A program made the position numbers and the translations under genes. Shown here in pieces: positions 26,579 to 34,947 of a stretch of 64,000 nucleotides of DNA. The DNA comes from Minisyncoccota bacterium. Lineage in GTDB: Bacteria > Patescibacteriota > Minisyncoccia > UBA6257 > 2-01-FULL-56-20. Numbering within the stretch: the first letter of the stretch is position 1; each line of letters opens with the position of its first letter. The notes under the pieces are model-generated. The model saw nothing but the letters and a program-made list of their open reading frames with translations. It made no database searches and was not told where the DNA came from. The stretch is from NCBI GenBank assembly GCA_036266715.1, contig DATAXS010000006.1:1757-65756 (forward strand). The letters run 5' to 3'.

Positions 26579-27871
26579 CTAGCCTGTGATCACAACCTTC
26601 GCAATGCCAAAAATGCTCTTCAGTGAGTATTGGGAGGAAAAGGGGATATCGTCGCCGTTCGCCACGTACGGGTCGCGCATGATGTAATTGCCTTTGCTGC
26701 CGCTTATGAGCACCACATAGTGCGTGCCGCCGTACGCATTCAGTCCCACGATCACCGGGTTTCCGGTCGCGAGCGTTGCGTCAATGGTCGTCGTCTTGCG
26801 CGTGACCGTTGCGCCGTCCACGTTGATCGTGGTGAGGAGGTAAGCGGGATAATATGCCGCGAAGTTGGCGGGATTGGAATTGATGGTCACGGGCGTCACG
26901 TCTTTATAACCGTAATGCGTGAGGACCATGGCAAGCGAGGTAACAAGGCACCCGTCGCTTGCGAGCGTGTATTTGGTGCCGTCAAGCGGGAGGTTGCCCC
27001 AGAGCGCGTCGCGCTGGTTGTAGTAGCAGCCCCACGCGTCACAATCCGTTTGACCGGCAAGCAGTTTGGAGCCGCCGGCGTTTTGCGTGAATGCCGAAAA
27101 GCTGTTGAGCTCGGCCTGGGCTGCGGCGAGCAACTGCTCGTACGTGGATTCTTTCTGGTCCGTTTCCGTAAGCAACTGGTTTTTGGATTGCACGGTCTGG
27201 GTGAGCGATTGTTGCTGGGAAGAAAGTGATTGCTGTTGGGTGGCAAGCGTCTGCTGTTTTTGCTGCGAGGTGGTCTTTGAGTCCGCAAGCGTGGATTCTT
27301 GCGTTTGGAGCGATTCGAGTTCGTTTTGGACGGCGCCTTCCACCTGCAGGGTGGCGTTCGTGTCGCTCCATGCGTCCGCGAGCGTGTTGGATGAAAGCAC
27401 CTGCATGAGGAGCGATTGGCCGTCATCCTTCTGGAGATTCACAAGATATTCTCCGAGCGCCTCCTGGTCGGTCTGGATCGTGGCTTCCGTATCGGAAATT
27501 TCTCCCCCGATCTGCTGGATCTGCAGCTGGGTGATGTTTATCTGATTTTGCGTCACGGAGATCTGCGCCTGCACTTTGCTCTTTTGGAGGTCAAGGGAAC
27601 TGATGGCCGCCTGGAGCGTTTTCTTGTCCGCGCCCACCTGCGTGAGCTCCGCCTGGTAGGTGGCGATCTGCTGGTTGAGCGATGTTATCTGCGCATTGTT
27701 GGCGTCTATCTGTTGCTGGAGCACGGCATCCGTGCTCGTCGCGGCGGTCGCGCTAGTCGAGGTGGTCGTTTGGGCGAGCGTCGCTGGAATGCCCACGCCT
27801 ACAATGAGCGTGAGTGCGCCGAGAAATAAGCCAACGCAGAGCGTTCCGAGTACTGCGAGATGCCTCATCAT
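26579..27871 (-). CDS. secreted coiled-coil protein with a C-terminal C39-like cysteine peptidase domain
   Basis: Signal peptide, ~230-aa Gln-rich heptad region, then 'CDAWGCYYNQRDALWGN', 'DGCLVTSLAMVLTHYG', 'GGTHYVVLISG' (peptidase_C39_2-like Cys...His). Confidence 0.6.
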   Translation of the reverse strand: MMRHLAVLGTLCVGLFLGALTLIVGVGIPATLAQTTTSTSATAATSTDAVLQQQIDANNAQITSLNQQIATYQAELTQVGADKKTLQAAISSLDLQKSKVQAQISVTQNQINITQLQIQQIGGEISDTEATIQTDQEALGEYLVNLQKDDGQSLLMQVLSSNTLADAWSDTNATLQVEGAVQNELESLQTQESTLADSKTTSQQKQQTLATQQQSLSSQQQSLTQTVQSKNQLLTETDQKESTYEQLLAAAQAELNSFSAFTQNAGGSKLLAGQTDCDAWGCYYNQRDALWGNLPLDGTKYTLASDGCLVTSLAMVLTHYGYKDVTPVTINSNPANFAAYYPAYLLTTINVDGATVTRKTTTIDATLATGNPVIVGLNAYGGTHYVVLISGSKGNYIMRDPYVANGDDIPFSSQYSLKSIFGIAKVVITG

Positions 27872-27917
27872 TTGATTATATAAAAATCCAAGAAAACAAG
27901 CACATTTTCATGAAGAT

Positions 27918-28472
27918 ATGCGCTATTTGTGCAATAATAATGGGATGTTCGCGCTTTTTTGGTCGTTGCTCTGTCTCATAGCACTTTTTTGCATTCTCTA
28001 CGTGCTTTTGCGCCCGATGGTGCACGGCGCAATCTATTTTCCCACCGATCCGCGTCGCGTGGAACTGATAATGGAGATATTGCGGCCGCATGCGGGGCAA
28101 AAGGTGGCAGATATCGGTTCGGGCGATGGACGGATCCTCATTGCACTTGCGGAACGGGGTGCCACGGCACACGGTTACGAAATAAATCCCATCCTCGTGT
28201 GGCGGTCCCGTCGTGCCATCCGCGCCCGCGGCCTCGCAGGCCGCGCCTTTGTCCACTGGAAGGATTTTTGGCGCGTGGACCTTGCCGGTTTCGACGCGGT
28301 CGTTGTGTACGGATTCCCGCACCTCATGCAGGGGTTGCAGGAAAAATTACAGAAGGAGCTCAGGCCGGGTGCGGCGGTAGTTTCCTGCGTGTATTCGTTT
28401 CCGAGTTGGGCGCCCGCCATGAAGCGAGACAAAATATATTTTTACGAGCGTGGACAGAAGATCGAAATATAA
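27918..28472 (+). CDS. class I SAM-dependent methyltransferase with N-terminal TM helix
   Basis: 'VADIGSGDGRILIALAERGATAHGYEINP' (motif I GxGxG with an acidic residue at the end of beta2). Confidence 0.65.
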   Translation: MRYLCNNNGMFALFWSLLCLIALFCILYVLLRPMVHGAIYFPTDPRRVELIMEILRPHAGQKVADIGSGDGRILIALAERGATAHGYEINPILVWRSRRAIRARGLAGRAFVHWKDFWRVDLAGFDAVVVYGFPHLMQGLQEKLQKELRPGAAVVSCVYSFPSWAPAMKRDKIYFYERGQKIEI

Positions 28473-28538
28473 ATAAAAAAATATGAAAAAGGCCCGGCTA
28501 TCATTTGATGCAGCGGGGCCTTTTGTGGAGGTCATTGT

Positions 28539-28808
28539 TTACGTCCTTACCCGGAAGGTCAGTGCCGTTCGGGGTTGTGCCCGAGAAAGCATGACGAACG
28601 GTGTCAGGAACGCGGCGATGATCGCGCAGACATACAGCATGAACATGAATTCTGCGAACATGACCACGGCCGCAGAAAATGCCCATCGGTGAGAAACGGC
28701 ATACAGCGAGGCGGCGAATGGTGACCAGGTGAGCACCAAAGCCAACACGAAAACTACGTCGAGAACCATGTCCCAAAAGGTGAATCTCGGGATTCGGGGA
28801 GCGTCCAT
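28539..28808 (-). CDS. small integral membrane protein
   Basis: 89 aa with 3 hydrophobic helices. Strong RBS GGAGGT 5 nt upstream of ATG 28808. Confidence 0.5.
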   Translation of the reverse strand: MDAPRIPRFTFWDMVLDVVFVLALVLTWSPFAASLYAVSHRWAFSAAVVMFAEFMFMLYVCAIIAAFLTPFVMLSRAQPRTALTFRVRT

Positions 28809-28879
28809 GTCTTACCTCCGTTGCGTTCAGGGTTGACTACGCAGTGCTAGATTCAGTCTAATATATTTTTAATACCTTG

Positions 28880-30469
28880 TCAACTTCCGTTGAGTGCCGC
28901 GCGGGTCCTTGGGCCTACGGAGCCCCAGCCCGTGGTTCCCGGGTTCCCCGAACAAATGATCGCTTGGGCGCACTGGAATTGCTCTACCGCTTTTTGGGTC
29001 AGTGCGCCAAAATAGCCCGTGTCGTATCCTTGCCCAAGGTATCCGTCCTCAATAAGGAATATTTGCAAGTTTTTTACGGCGTTATTACTGAGGCCAAAGT
29101 AGAGTGCGGTGCTGAAATAGAATAATGGCGGCGTGGCGATCGTAGTGTTGTTTGTGGTGCCGGAATTCGGACTCGGGGTAGCTGGGGACGTCGGTGTGGG
29201 AGTGAGATAGAGGTTATTTATAGAAACGGGTGGTGGAGTGGCTGCCGGGGTTGGGGTTGTGACGGGATTTTGTGCGAGCGTGGTGGCCGAGACGGTATTG
29301 GGCGCCGAGATGTTGCCCGATGCGTCATATGCCTGGACGGTGTAGGAATATGTGGTGTCGGTGGCGAGGCCGGTATCTTGATATGAGGTCGAGGTTGCGG
29401 AGCCAAGTGCGGCGATCTCGCCCCCGTTCCGGTCAAGATAATATCCCACGACTCCCACGTTGTCCGTGGACGCCTGCCAGGTGAGATCTATTTCCGAAGC
29501 GGAAACCGGGGTGGCGTAAAAATAATGGGGGATGGAGGGCGGCGTCGTGTCCGCCGCGAGTGTAGCTGCTTGTACAAGGTAACTTTGTGCGGAGACGTTC
29601 CCTGCCGCATCAAACGCGGCGACGGTATATGCGTACGTGGTTGCCGGGGAAAGGCCGGTGCTCGCGTAGGCGGTCGGCGTGGAAGAAACGGTGGCGATCT
29701 CCGCGCTGTTCAGATATATATAGTAGCCCACGACTCCCACATTGTCCGTGGACGCCTGCCAGGTGAGATCTATTTCCGTGGGGGACTTTACCGCGAGATG
29801 CAGCAGGGAAGGCATCGAAGGAGGCGTGAGGTCGGACAGGGTGCTCGCGTGCATCGTTTGCGAGGTAGCAGTGTTCCCGGCCGCATCAAACGCCACAAGC
29901 GCATAGGTAAAAGAATTGCCCGGCAAAAGTCCCACGTCGTCATACGTGGTTCCCGAAATCGGAGTTGGGAGAGGGACTTTGTTGCCGTTTCTGTAGAGAT
30001 AATATCCCACTACGCCAATATTGTCCGTGGAAGCAGTCCATGTGAGCATCACGGAAGAGGTCGCCGGCACGAGCGAGATCCAGACGGGCGCGGTGGGCGG
30101 GGTGACATCTTTTATGATGGTGACGGGTGCGGACGCCGTCGATTGCGGTGACATTGCGCCTGCCGCGGTAAACGCGGCAACGGTATAGGTGTAGGTGCCG
30201 GGCGGAGCGGTATCAATGATATTCGCGTTCGGCGTTTCCGTGACGAATCCGCCATTACGATAAACGTAATATCCCACGACGGCGCTGTCCGTAGATGCCG
30301 CCCACGAAACACTGACTTGCTGGAGCGGCACGGTGGGACTCGCCGAAACGCTCGTTGGTGCGGCCGGCACGGCGCTCACGGACTGTGCCTGCGCAAGGCC
30401 GGCAGCGGTAAAGAGGACAAAAAGCCCCGCGAGGGAAAGGACCAAAAGCGTTTTTCTTCGGCCGCTCAT
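28880..30469 (-). CDS. secreted protein with five fibronectin type III repeats and a C-terminal PG_binding_1 domain
   Basis: Signal peptide 'MSGRRKTLLVLSLAGLFVLFTAAGLAQA'. Five ~94-aa units ('W.ASTDN.GVVGYY.YRNG......T.Y.D.GL...T.Y.Y.V.A.DAAGN.S'). C-terminal 'AVKNLQIFLIEDGYLGQGYDTGYFGALTQKAVEQFQ'. ATG 30469 chosen. Confidence 0.75.
   Translation of the reverse strand: MSGRRKTLLVLSLAGLFVLFTAAGLAQAQSVSAVPAAPTSVSASPTVPLQQVSVSWAASTDSAVVGYYVYRNGGFVTETPNANIIDTAPPGTYTYTVAAFTAAGAMSPQSTASAPVTIIKDVTPPTAPVWISLVPATSSVMLTWTASTDNIGVVGYYLYRNGNKVPLPTPISGTTYDDVGLLPGNSFTYALVAFDAAGNTATSQTMHASTLSDLTPPSMPSLLHLAVKSPTEIDLTWQASTDNVGVVGYYIYLNSAEIATVSSTPTAYASTGLSPATTYAYTVAAFDAAGNVSAQSYLVQAATLAADTTPPSIPHYFYATPVSASEIDLTWQASTDNVGVVGYYLDRNGGEIAALGSATSTSYQDTGLATDTTYSYTVQAYDASGNISAPNTVSATTLAQNPVTTPTPAATPPPVSINNLYLTPTPTSPATPSPNSGTTNNTTIATPPLFYFSTALYFGLSNNAVKNLQIFLIEDGYLGQGYDTGYFGALTQKAVEQFQCAQAIICSGNPGTTGWGSVGPRTRAALNGS
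29445..29496. repeat. intragenic 52-bp repeat, copy 1
   Basis: Identical to 29727-29778 except for one base (g/a). The two copies are 282 bp apart, which is one Fn3 unit. Confidence 0.85.
29727..29778. repeat. intragenic 52-bp repeat, copy 2
   Basis: See 29445-29496. Confidence 0.85.
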
Positions 30470-30519
30470 TGCTTTTATTATAGCAAACACGGTTTCTGCT
30501 ATGATTAGAATAAACGACA

Positions 30520-31248
30520 ATGGATATTTTGAAGGTTGAGAACCTGACAAAGCGTTTCGGAGATGCGGTCGCGGTAAAAGGCGTTTCGCTCGCCATAGAA
30601 CGCGGCAAAGTGTATGCGCTCATTGGGCCGAACGGGTCGGGGAAGACGACGCTCGTAAAGACCGTTGCGGGACTCCTCCATCCTTCGCAGGGAAAAGTTC
30701 TCGTGAACGGTGCGGATGCGGTGCGGGATCCGGTCACGGCCAAAGCGGCAATCGGTTACATTCCGGACGAACCGTCCGTATGGGCCGGCATGACGGGAGA
30801 AGAATTTTTACATTTCATCGGTGCGCTCTTCGGCGTGGCGGAAGCCGCGCGGCGGGAACGGATCGCGGCACTCCTCGCAAAATTCCATTTGGCTGGCATA
30901 GAAAAAGGTTATTTTGAAGATTATTCGCGCGGGAACAAGCAAAAATTCACTATTATCGCGGCGTTGCTCCACGAACCGAAGTTGCTCTTGGTGGATGAGC
31001 CGATTGTGGGTCTGGATCCCGAGAGTGCGGAAATTGCGAAGCACGAATTCCGCGCATTCGCGGACCGCGGCGGAGCGGTGCTCATCGTCACCCACACGCT
31101 CACCGTTGCGCAGGAGATCGCGGATATGATCGGCGTGTTAAAGAACGGGACGCTTGTTGCCTCGGCGCCGTTTGCCGATCTCGTGCGTATGGCCAAGCTT
31201 GATACAAAGGCCGACCTCGTCGCCGTCTATCGCGCGCTTGCGGAGTAA
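30520..31248 (+). CDS. ABC transporter ATP-binding protein
   Basis: Walker A 'GPNGSGKTT', signature 'YSRGNKQK', Walker B 'LLLVDEP', H-loop 'VTHT'. Confidence 0.9.
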   Translation: MDILKVENLTKRFGDAVAVKGVSLAIERGKVYALIGPNGSGKTTLVKTVAGLLHPSQGKVLVNGADAVRDPVTAKAAIGYIPDEPSVWAGMTGEEFLHFIGALFGVAEAARRERIAALLAKFHLAGIEKGYFEDYSRGNKQKFTIIAALLHEPKLLLVDEPIVGLDPESAEIAKHEFRAFADRGGAVLIVTHTLTVAQEIADMIGVLKNGTLVASAPFADLVRMAKLDTKADLVAVYRALAE

Positions 31249-31255
31249 CGCACAC

Positions 31256-32956
31256 ATGCCTTCGTTCAGAAAATATCTCAAAACGCAAAAAGTTGCGAAG
31301 CTCATCACGATCGCGATCTTTCTCGGCGTGCTTTTTGCGGTGGGGTTTGGTATCTATAGTTTTTTCCGCTGGGAGTTCGGGCTCATTGCGCAGGATGCAT
31401 ACCTGCGCGTGGCGCTCCCGCTCTATTTTTATGAAGGGCTTTTCCTCATCGTTTTTGGGCTGGTCTTTGTGAGCAGTTTTATCACCGGCATGTTTGCGCT
31501 CTTCCGCGGGCGTGACGACATGCTCATCATGGCATCGCCGCGTTACGCGATGGTGTTCAGACGCGCATATTGGCGGACATTTTTACAATCGCTTTGGCCC
31601 ATCGTGGTCATTGTGCTCCCGGCGTTCCTCGGCTCGGCGGCCGTGTTCCCGGTCTCGCTGTGGGGCGGCGTACTTTTCTTTTTGGCCGTTACGTTCCTTA
31701 CGGGTATGTCCGTCGCACTCGCACTCGCATTTTTCATTGCCGTTTCCTGCGCGCTCTATCTCGTGCACCGGTTCTTTTTGAAGTATTTTGGCGTGAATGG
31801 ACTTTTTAGTTTCGGGTTCGCCGCGTTCATCGGCGTGGTGCTCATTGCGATCGCGCTCGTATGGGGTGCTCTGCACGCATGGTCGGGAGATATTGTATCT
31901 TTGTTCGCCCCGTTTGCCGGCGGTGCGGGCGTGGGCACCATTCTTTCCCGCTTCAGCATCTTCCCGTCGCACCTTGCCACGCTCACGCTTTTTGACGCGC
32001 AGGCAGGTTCCTTCGGCGCGGCCGCGCTTGCCTTGCTCGGCCTCGGCCTTATGTATGTTGTTTGCCTCGCCATGTTGTGGGTCGCGCTGCCGTCATTTCT
32101 GCCGCTTTGGCAGCTTTTCCAGGAAGGCACGTTTGAGGCAAAGAAAGTTACCGTGAGGCACGTTTCTGCAGGTGCGGGCGCGGGCACTGGCCTCGTTCCT
32201 TCCGGGTCGTTCCCGCGCGTGTGGAAGACGCCGCTCGGCGCGCTGTTTGAAAAAGAGGGGATCATGATTTTCCGCGACGGGCGCAGCGCGCTCTGGTTCT
32301 TTTTTCTGCTCGCGCTTTGGATGGTGCAGGTCGTGATGGGATTTTTTATCCGCGCAAATCTTTTGAAGTACAGCGTGAACCTCGCCATGATCGCGGCACA
32401 GGTGGAAGCGTTGGAACTCGCGACCGCGATCTATTTCGTGAGTGCGTTCATCGTGCGATTCGTTTTCCCCGCATTCAGCAGCGAGCGGCGCACGGCGTGG
32501 ATATTGGGCACCGCGCCCATCAGCATAAAGAAAGTATTTTGGGCCAAGCTTTTGTTCTATGTATCCGTGTTCCTGGTGCTTGGCGCCGCGTTTTGCGTCG
32601 TGAATCTTTCCATCATCCAGATGGCGGTCGCGCAGGCGCTCGCCTTTGCGGTCTTCGCGCTCCTTATTGTGGCGTTCCTCGTGGCGTTCGGTCTCGGCCT
32701 CGGTGCCATATTCCCGAATTTTGAAAGCGATGATCCGGAAACATTAAGCACCTCATTACCCGGCCTTGGCTTCACCTTCGGCTCGCTTCTTTATGGCGGC
32801 TGGGGCGCATATCTTTTTTACCGTTTTCTTGCCGGAGGTTCGTTCGCGCCCGTGCTCGGTTTTTATGCGCTCACCGTTGCCCTCACCGTTTTCATTGCCT
32901 TCCTTGCCCTGCGTTCGTTGGGCAAAATAGAATTTGTGAAAGAATACCGCGGGTAA
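31256..32956 (+). CDS. ABC exporter permease-like polytopic membrane protein
   Basis: 566 aa with more than 12 hydrophobic helices, immediately downstream of the ATPase. ATG 31256 chosen; the ORF-track start 31154 overlaps the ATPase gene. Confidence 0.65.
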   Translation: MPSFRKYLKTQKVAKLITIAIFLGVLFAVGFGIYSFFRWEFGLIAQDAYLRVALPLYFYEGLFLIVFGLVFVSSFITGMFALFRGRDDMLIMASPRYAMVFRRAYWRTFLQSLWPIVVIVLPAFLGSAAVFPVSLWGGVLFFLAVTFLTGMSVALALAFFIAVSCALYLVHRFFLKYFGVNGLFSFGFAAFIGVVLIAIALVWGALHAWSGDIVSLFAPFAGGAGVGTILSRFSIFPSHLATLTLFDAQAGSFGAAALALLGLGLMYVVCLAMLWVALPSFLPLWQLFQEGTFEAKKVTVRHVSAGAGAGTGLVPSGSFPRVWKTPLGALFEKEGIMIFRDGRSALWFFFLLALWMVQVVMGFFIRANLLKYSVNLAMIAAQVEALELATAIYFVSAFIVRFVFPAFSSERRTAWILGTAPISIKKVFWAKLLFYVSVFLVLGAAFCVVNLSIIQMAVAQALAFAVFALLIVAFLVAFGLGLGAIFPNFESDDPETLSTSLPGLGFTFGSLLYGGWGAYLFYRFLAGGSFAPVLGFYALTVALTVFIAFLALRSLGKIEFVKEYRG

Positions 32957-32995
32957 CGAGATCATTGTGTTCGGTGTTGTAGTATAATAAAGACC

Positions 32996-33397
32996 ATGAG
33001 CAACAGACCGATACATTTTGAAGTTCAGGCGGACGATGCGGAGCGGGCAAAGAAATTTTATGAGAACGTCCTCGGCTGGAAAATAGAAAAAACCTCCATG
33101 CCCGGAGTGGGCATGGAATATTGGATCATGAAGACGGGCGAAGGTCCGGGGATCGACGGCGGGATGTACCGGCGCAAGGATAATTCCGGGCGCGCGATGA
33201 ACAGTTTTGATTGCACCATTTTAGTGGACGATATGGACAAGGTGATCGCGGCCATTAAGGCGAGCGGCGGGAAGATCCAGGCGTGGGAAGGAAAAGAAAA
33301 ATGGGAAATGCAGGGCCTGGGCTGGTTCTCCCGCGCGGTAGACACCGAAGGCAACGTGTTCGGCTTGCTCCAGGCCACCGAGTGGCAGCCGAAATAG
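32996..33397 (+). CDS. VOC family (glyoxalase/bleomycin-resistance fold) protein
   Basis: 'IHFEVQADDAERAKKFYENVLGWKIEK', 'YWIMKTGEG', 'GWFSRAVDTEGNVFGLLQ'. Confidence 0.8.
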   Translation: MSNRPIHFEVQADDAERAKKFYENVLGWKIEKTSMPGVGMEYWIMKTGEGPGIDGGMYRRKDNSGRAMNSFDCTILVDDMDKVIAAIKASGGKIQAWEGKEKWEMQGLGWFSRAVDTEGNVFGLLQATEWQPK

Positions 33398-33402
33398 CTT
33401 CC

Positions 33403-34185
33403 ATGGTCACTAAGGTTCCCGAGGTGACGATCTACTTCTGGATCGTGAAGATCCTCACGACCGCAATGGGGGAGAGCACGTCGGATTATCTTGTGGCACA
33501 TCTGGATCCCGCGGTCGCGGTGGGGCTTGGATTTTTGGGATTTATGGTGGCCATGGTGATCCAGTTCTCGGTGCGGAAATATATTGCCTGGGTATATTGG
33601 TTCACGGCGCTCATGGTCGCGGTCTTTGGCACGATGGCCGCAGACGTGCTCCATGTCGGGTTCGGTGTCCCATACGCCGTATCGGCAACTTTTTTCTTGG
33701 TTGCCCTCGTCATTATTTTTATTGCGTGGTATGCGAGCGAGAAAACGTTATCTATCCACAGCATCTATACCACGAAGCGTGAGGTGTTCTACTGGCTCAC
33801 GGTGCTTGCGACCTTTGCGCTTGGCACGGCGACGGGGGATCTCACAGCCACCACGTGGGGCTTTGGGTATTTGTCGTCGGGGATCCTCTTTGCCATTCTC
33901 ATCCTATTCGTCGCCATCTTGCATTACGTTACGAAGGCCATCTTGGGCGCGGAACACCGGCATCAGTCGCGCAATGCGGTTCTCGCGTTCTGGGCCGCCT
34001 ATATCCTTACGCGCCCGCTCGGCGCTTCTTTTGCCGATTGGATGGGGAAAGCATCTAGTGCGGGAGGCCTCGGATGGGGCGACGGGCCGGTGAGCCTCGT
34101 TCTCTTCATCTTCATTCTTTGTTTCGTCGCATATCTTGCCGCAACACAAAGAGATGTACAAACAAAGGTGACCGCCCGGTCGTAG
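33403..34185 (+). CDS. DUF347-repeat membrane protein (COG4705-like)
   Basis: Repeated 'FW..K.LTT..GE..SD' units: 'YFWIVKILTTAMGESTSDYL', 'FYWLTVLATFALGTATGDL', 'AFWAAYILTRPLGASFADW'. ATG 33403 chosen. Confidence 0.6.
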   Translation: MVTKVPEVTIYFWIVKILTTAMGESTSDYLVAHLDPAVAVGLGFLGFMVAMVIQFSVRKYIAWVYWFTALMVAVFGTMAADVLHVGFGVPYAVSATFFLVALVIIFIAWYASEKTLSIHSIYTTKREVFYWLTVLATFALGTATGDLTATTWGFGYLSSGILFAILILFVAILHYVTKAILGAEHRHQSRNAVLAFWAAYILTRPLGASFADWMGKASSAGGLGWGDGPVSLVLFIFILCFVAYLAATQRDVQTKVTARS

Positions 34186-34212
34186 TACTAGCACTAGCGT
34201 TACACAAGATTC

Positions 34213-34848
34213 ATGTCATCCTACAAGGCAATTTTTACCAAAGAGCGAGTGCGGTCACTGCTCGTGGCGCTCATCTTGCTCGCGCTTGCGGTGGTATTCC
34301 AGTATTTTGCTTCGGCATACTCAAACCGCGTGTTGAGCAATTCCGTTCCCGACCTGCTTTTAAATATCTTGCCGATAGTCAACCTTAATTTCCTTATCGT
34401 GGAGGGAGCTCTTTTTGCCATTGCCGGAACCGTCATTTTGCTCTTTTTCAAACCGCGCTATCTTATCTTCGCCCTAAAAGCCGCAGCCATCTTTATTGCC
34501 ACCCGGGCGGTATTCGTATCATTGACGCATCTCGGCATCTACCCGGGACAGATCGGTCCTGACCCTACGGGATTCTTTGATCATCTCTATACCGGGCTCG
34601 GCCTGGAGGCAGGATTCTTTTTTTCGGGCCACACCGGGCTCACGTTCCTCATGGCGCTCATTTTCTGGAAAGAGAAGTTCTGGCGATACGCGTATCTTAT
34701 CCTGGCTACCGCCTTCGGCATCGCCGTCCTTCTCGCCCACGTGCATTATTCCATTGACGTTCTTGCCGCGCCGTACATCACCTACAGCATCTTCAAGATG
34801 TCACAGTACTTTTTTAAAGAAGATTACGAGCTGATAAACGCGAAATAG
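34213..34848 (+). CDS. PAP2_C / sphingomyelin-synthase-like membrane phosphotransferase
   Basis: Six TM helices. 'FFSGHTGLTF' and 'HVHYSIDVLAAP' (SGH...H..D catalytic pattern). Confidence 0.5.
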   Translation: MSSYKAIFTKERVRSLLVALILLALAVVFQYFASAYSNRVLSNSVPDLLLNILPIVNLNFLIVEGALFAIAGTVILLFFKPRYLIFALKAAAIFIATRAVFVSLTHLGIYPGQIGPDPTGFFDHLYTGLGLEAGFFFSGHTGLTFLMALIFWKEKFWRYAYLILATAFGIAVLLAHVHYSIDVLAAPYITYSIFKMSQYFFKEDYELINAK

Positions 34849-34947
34849 GATTTTGGGGCAAGAATTTTCGCGCCGGGCCTTCAGCGCATTTTCATGTTCA
34901 AGGGATAATAATGAGCGGATTGGGAAAAGAAACAACTATATATCGTC

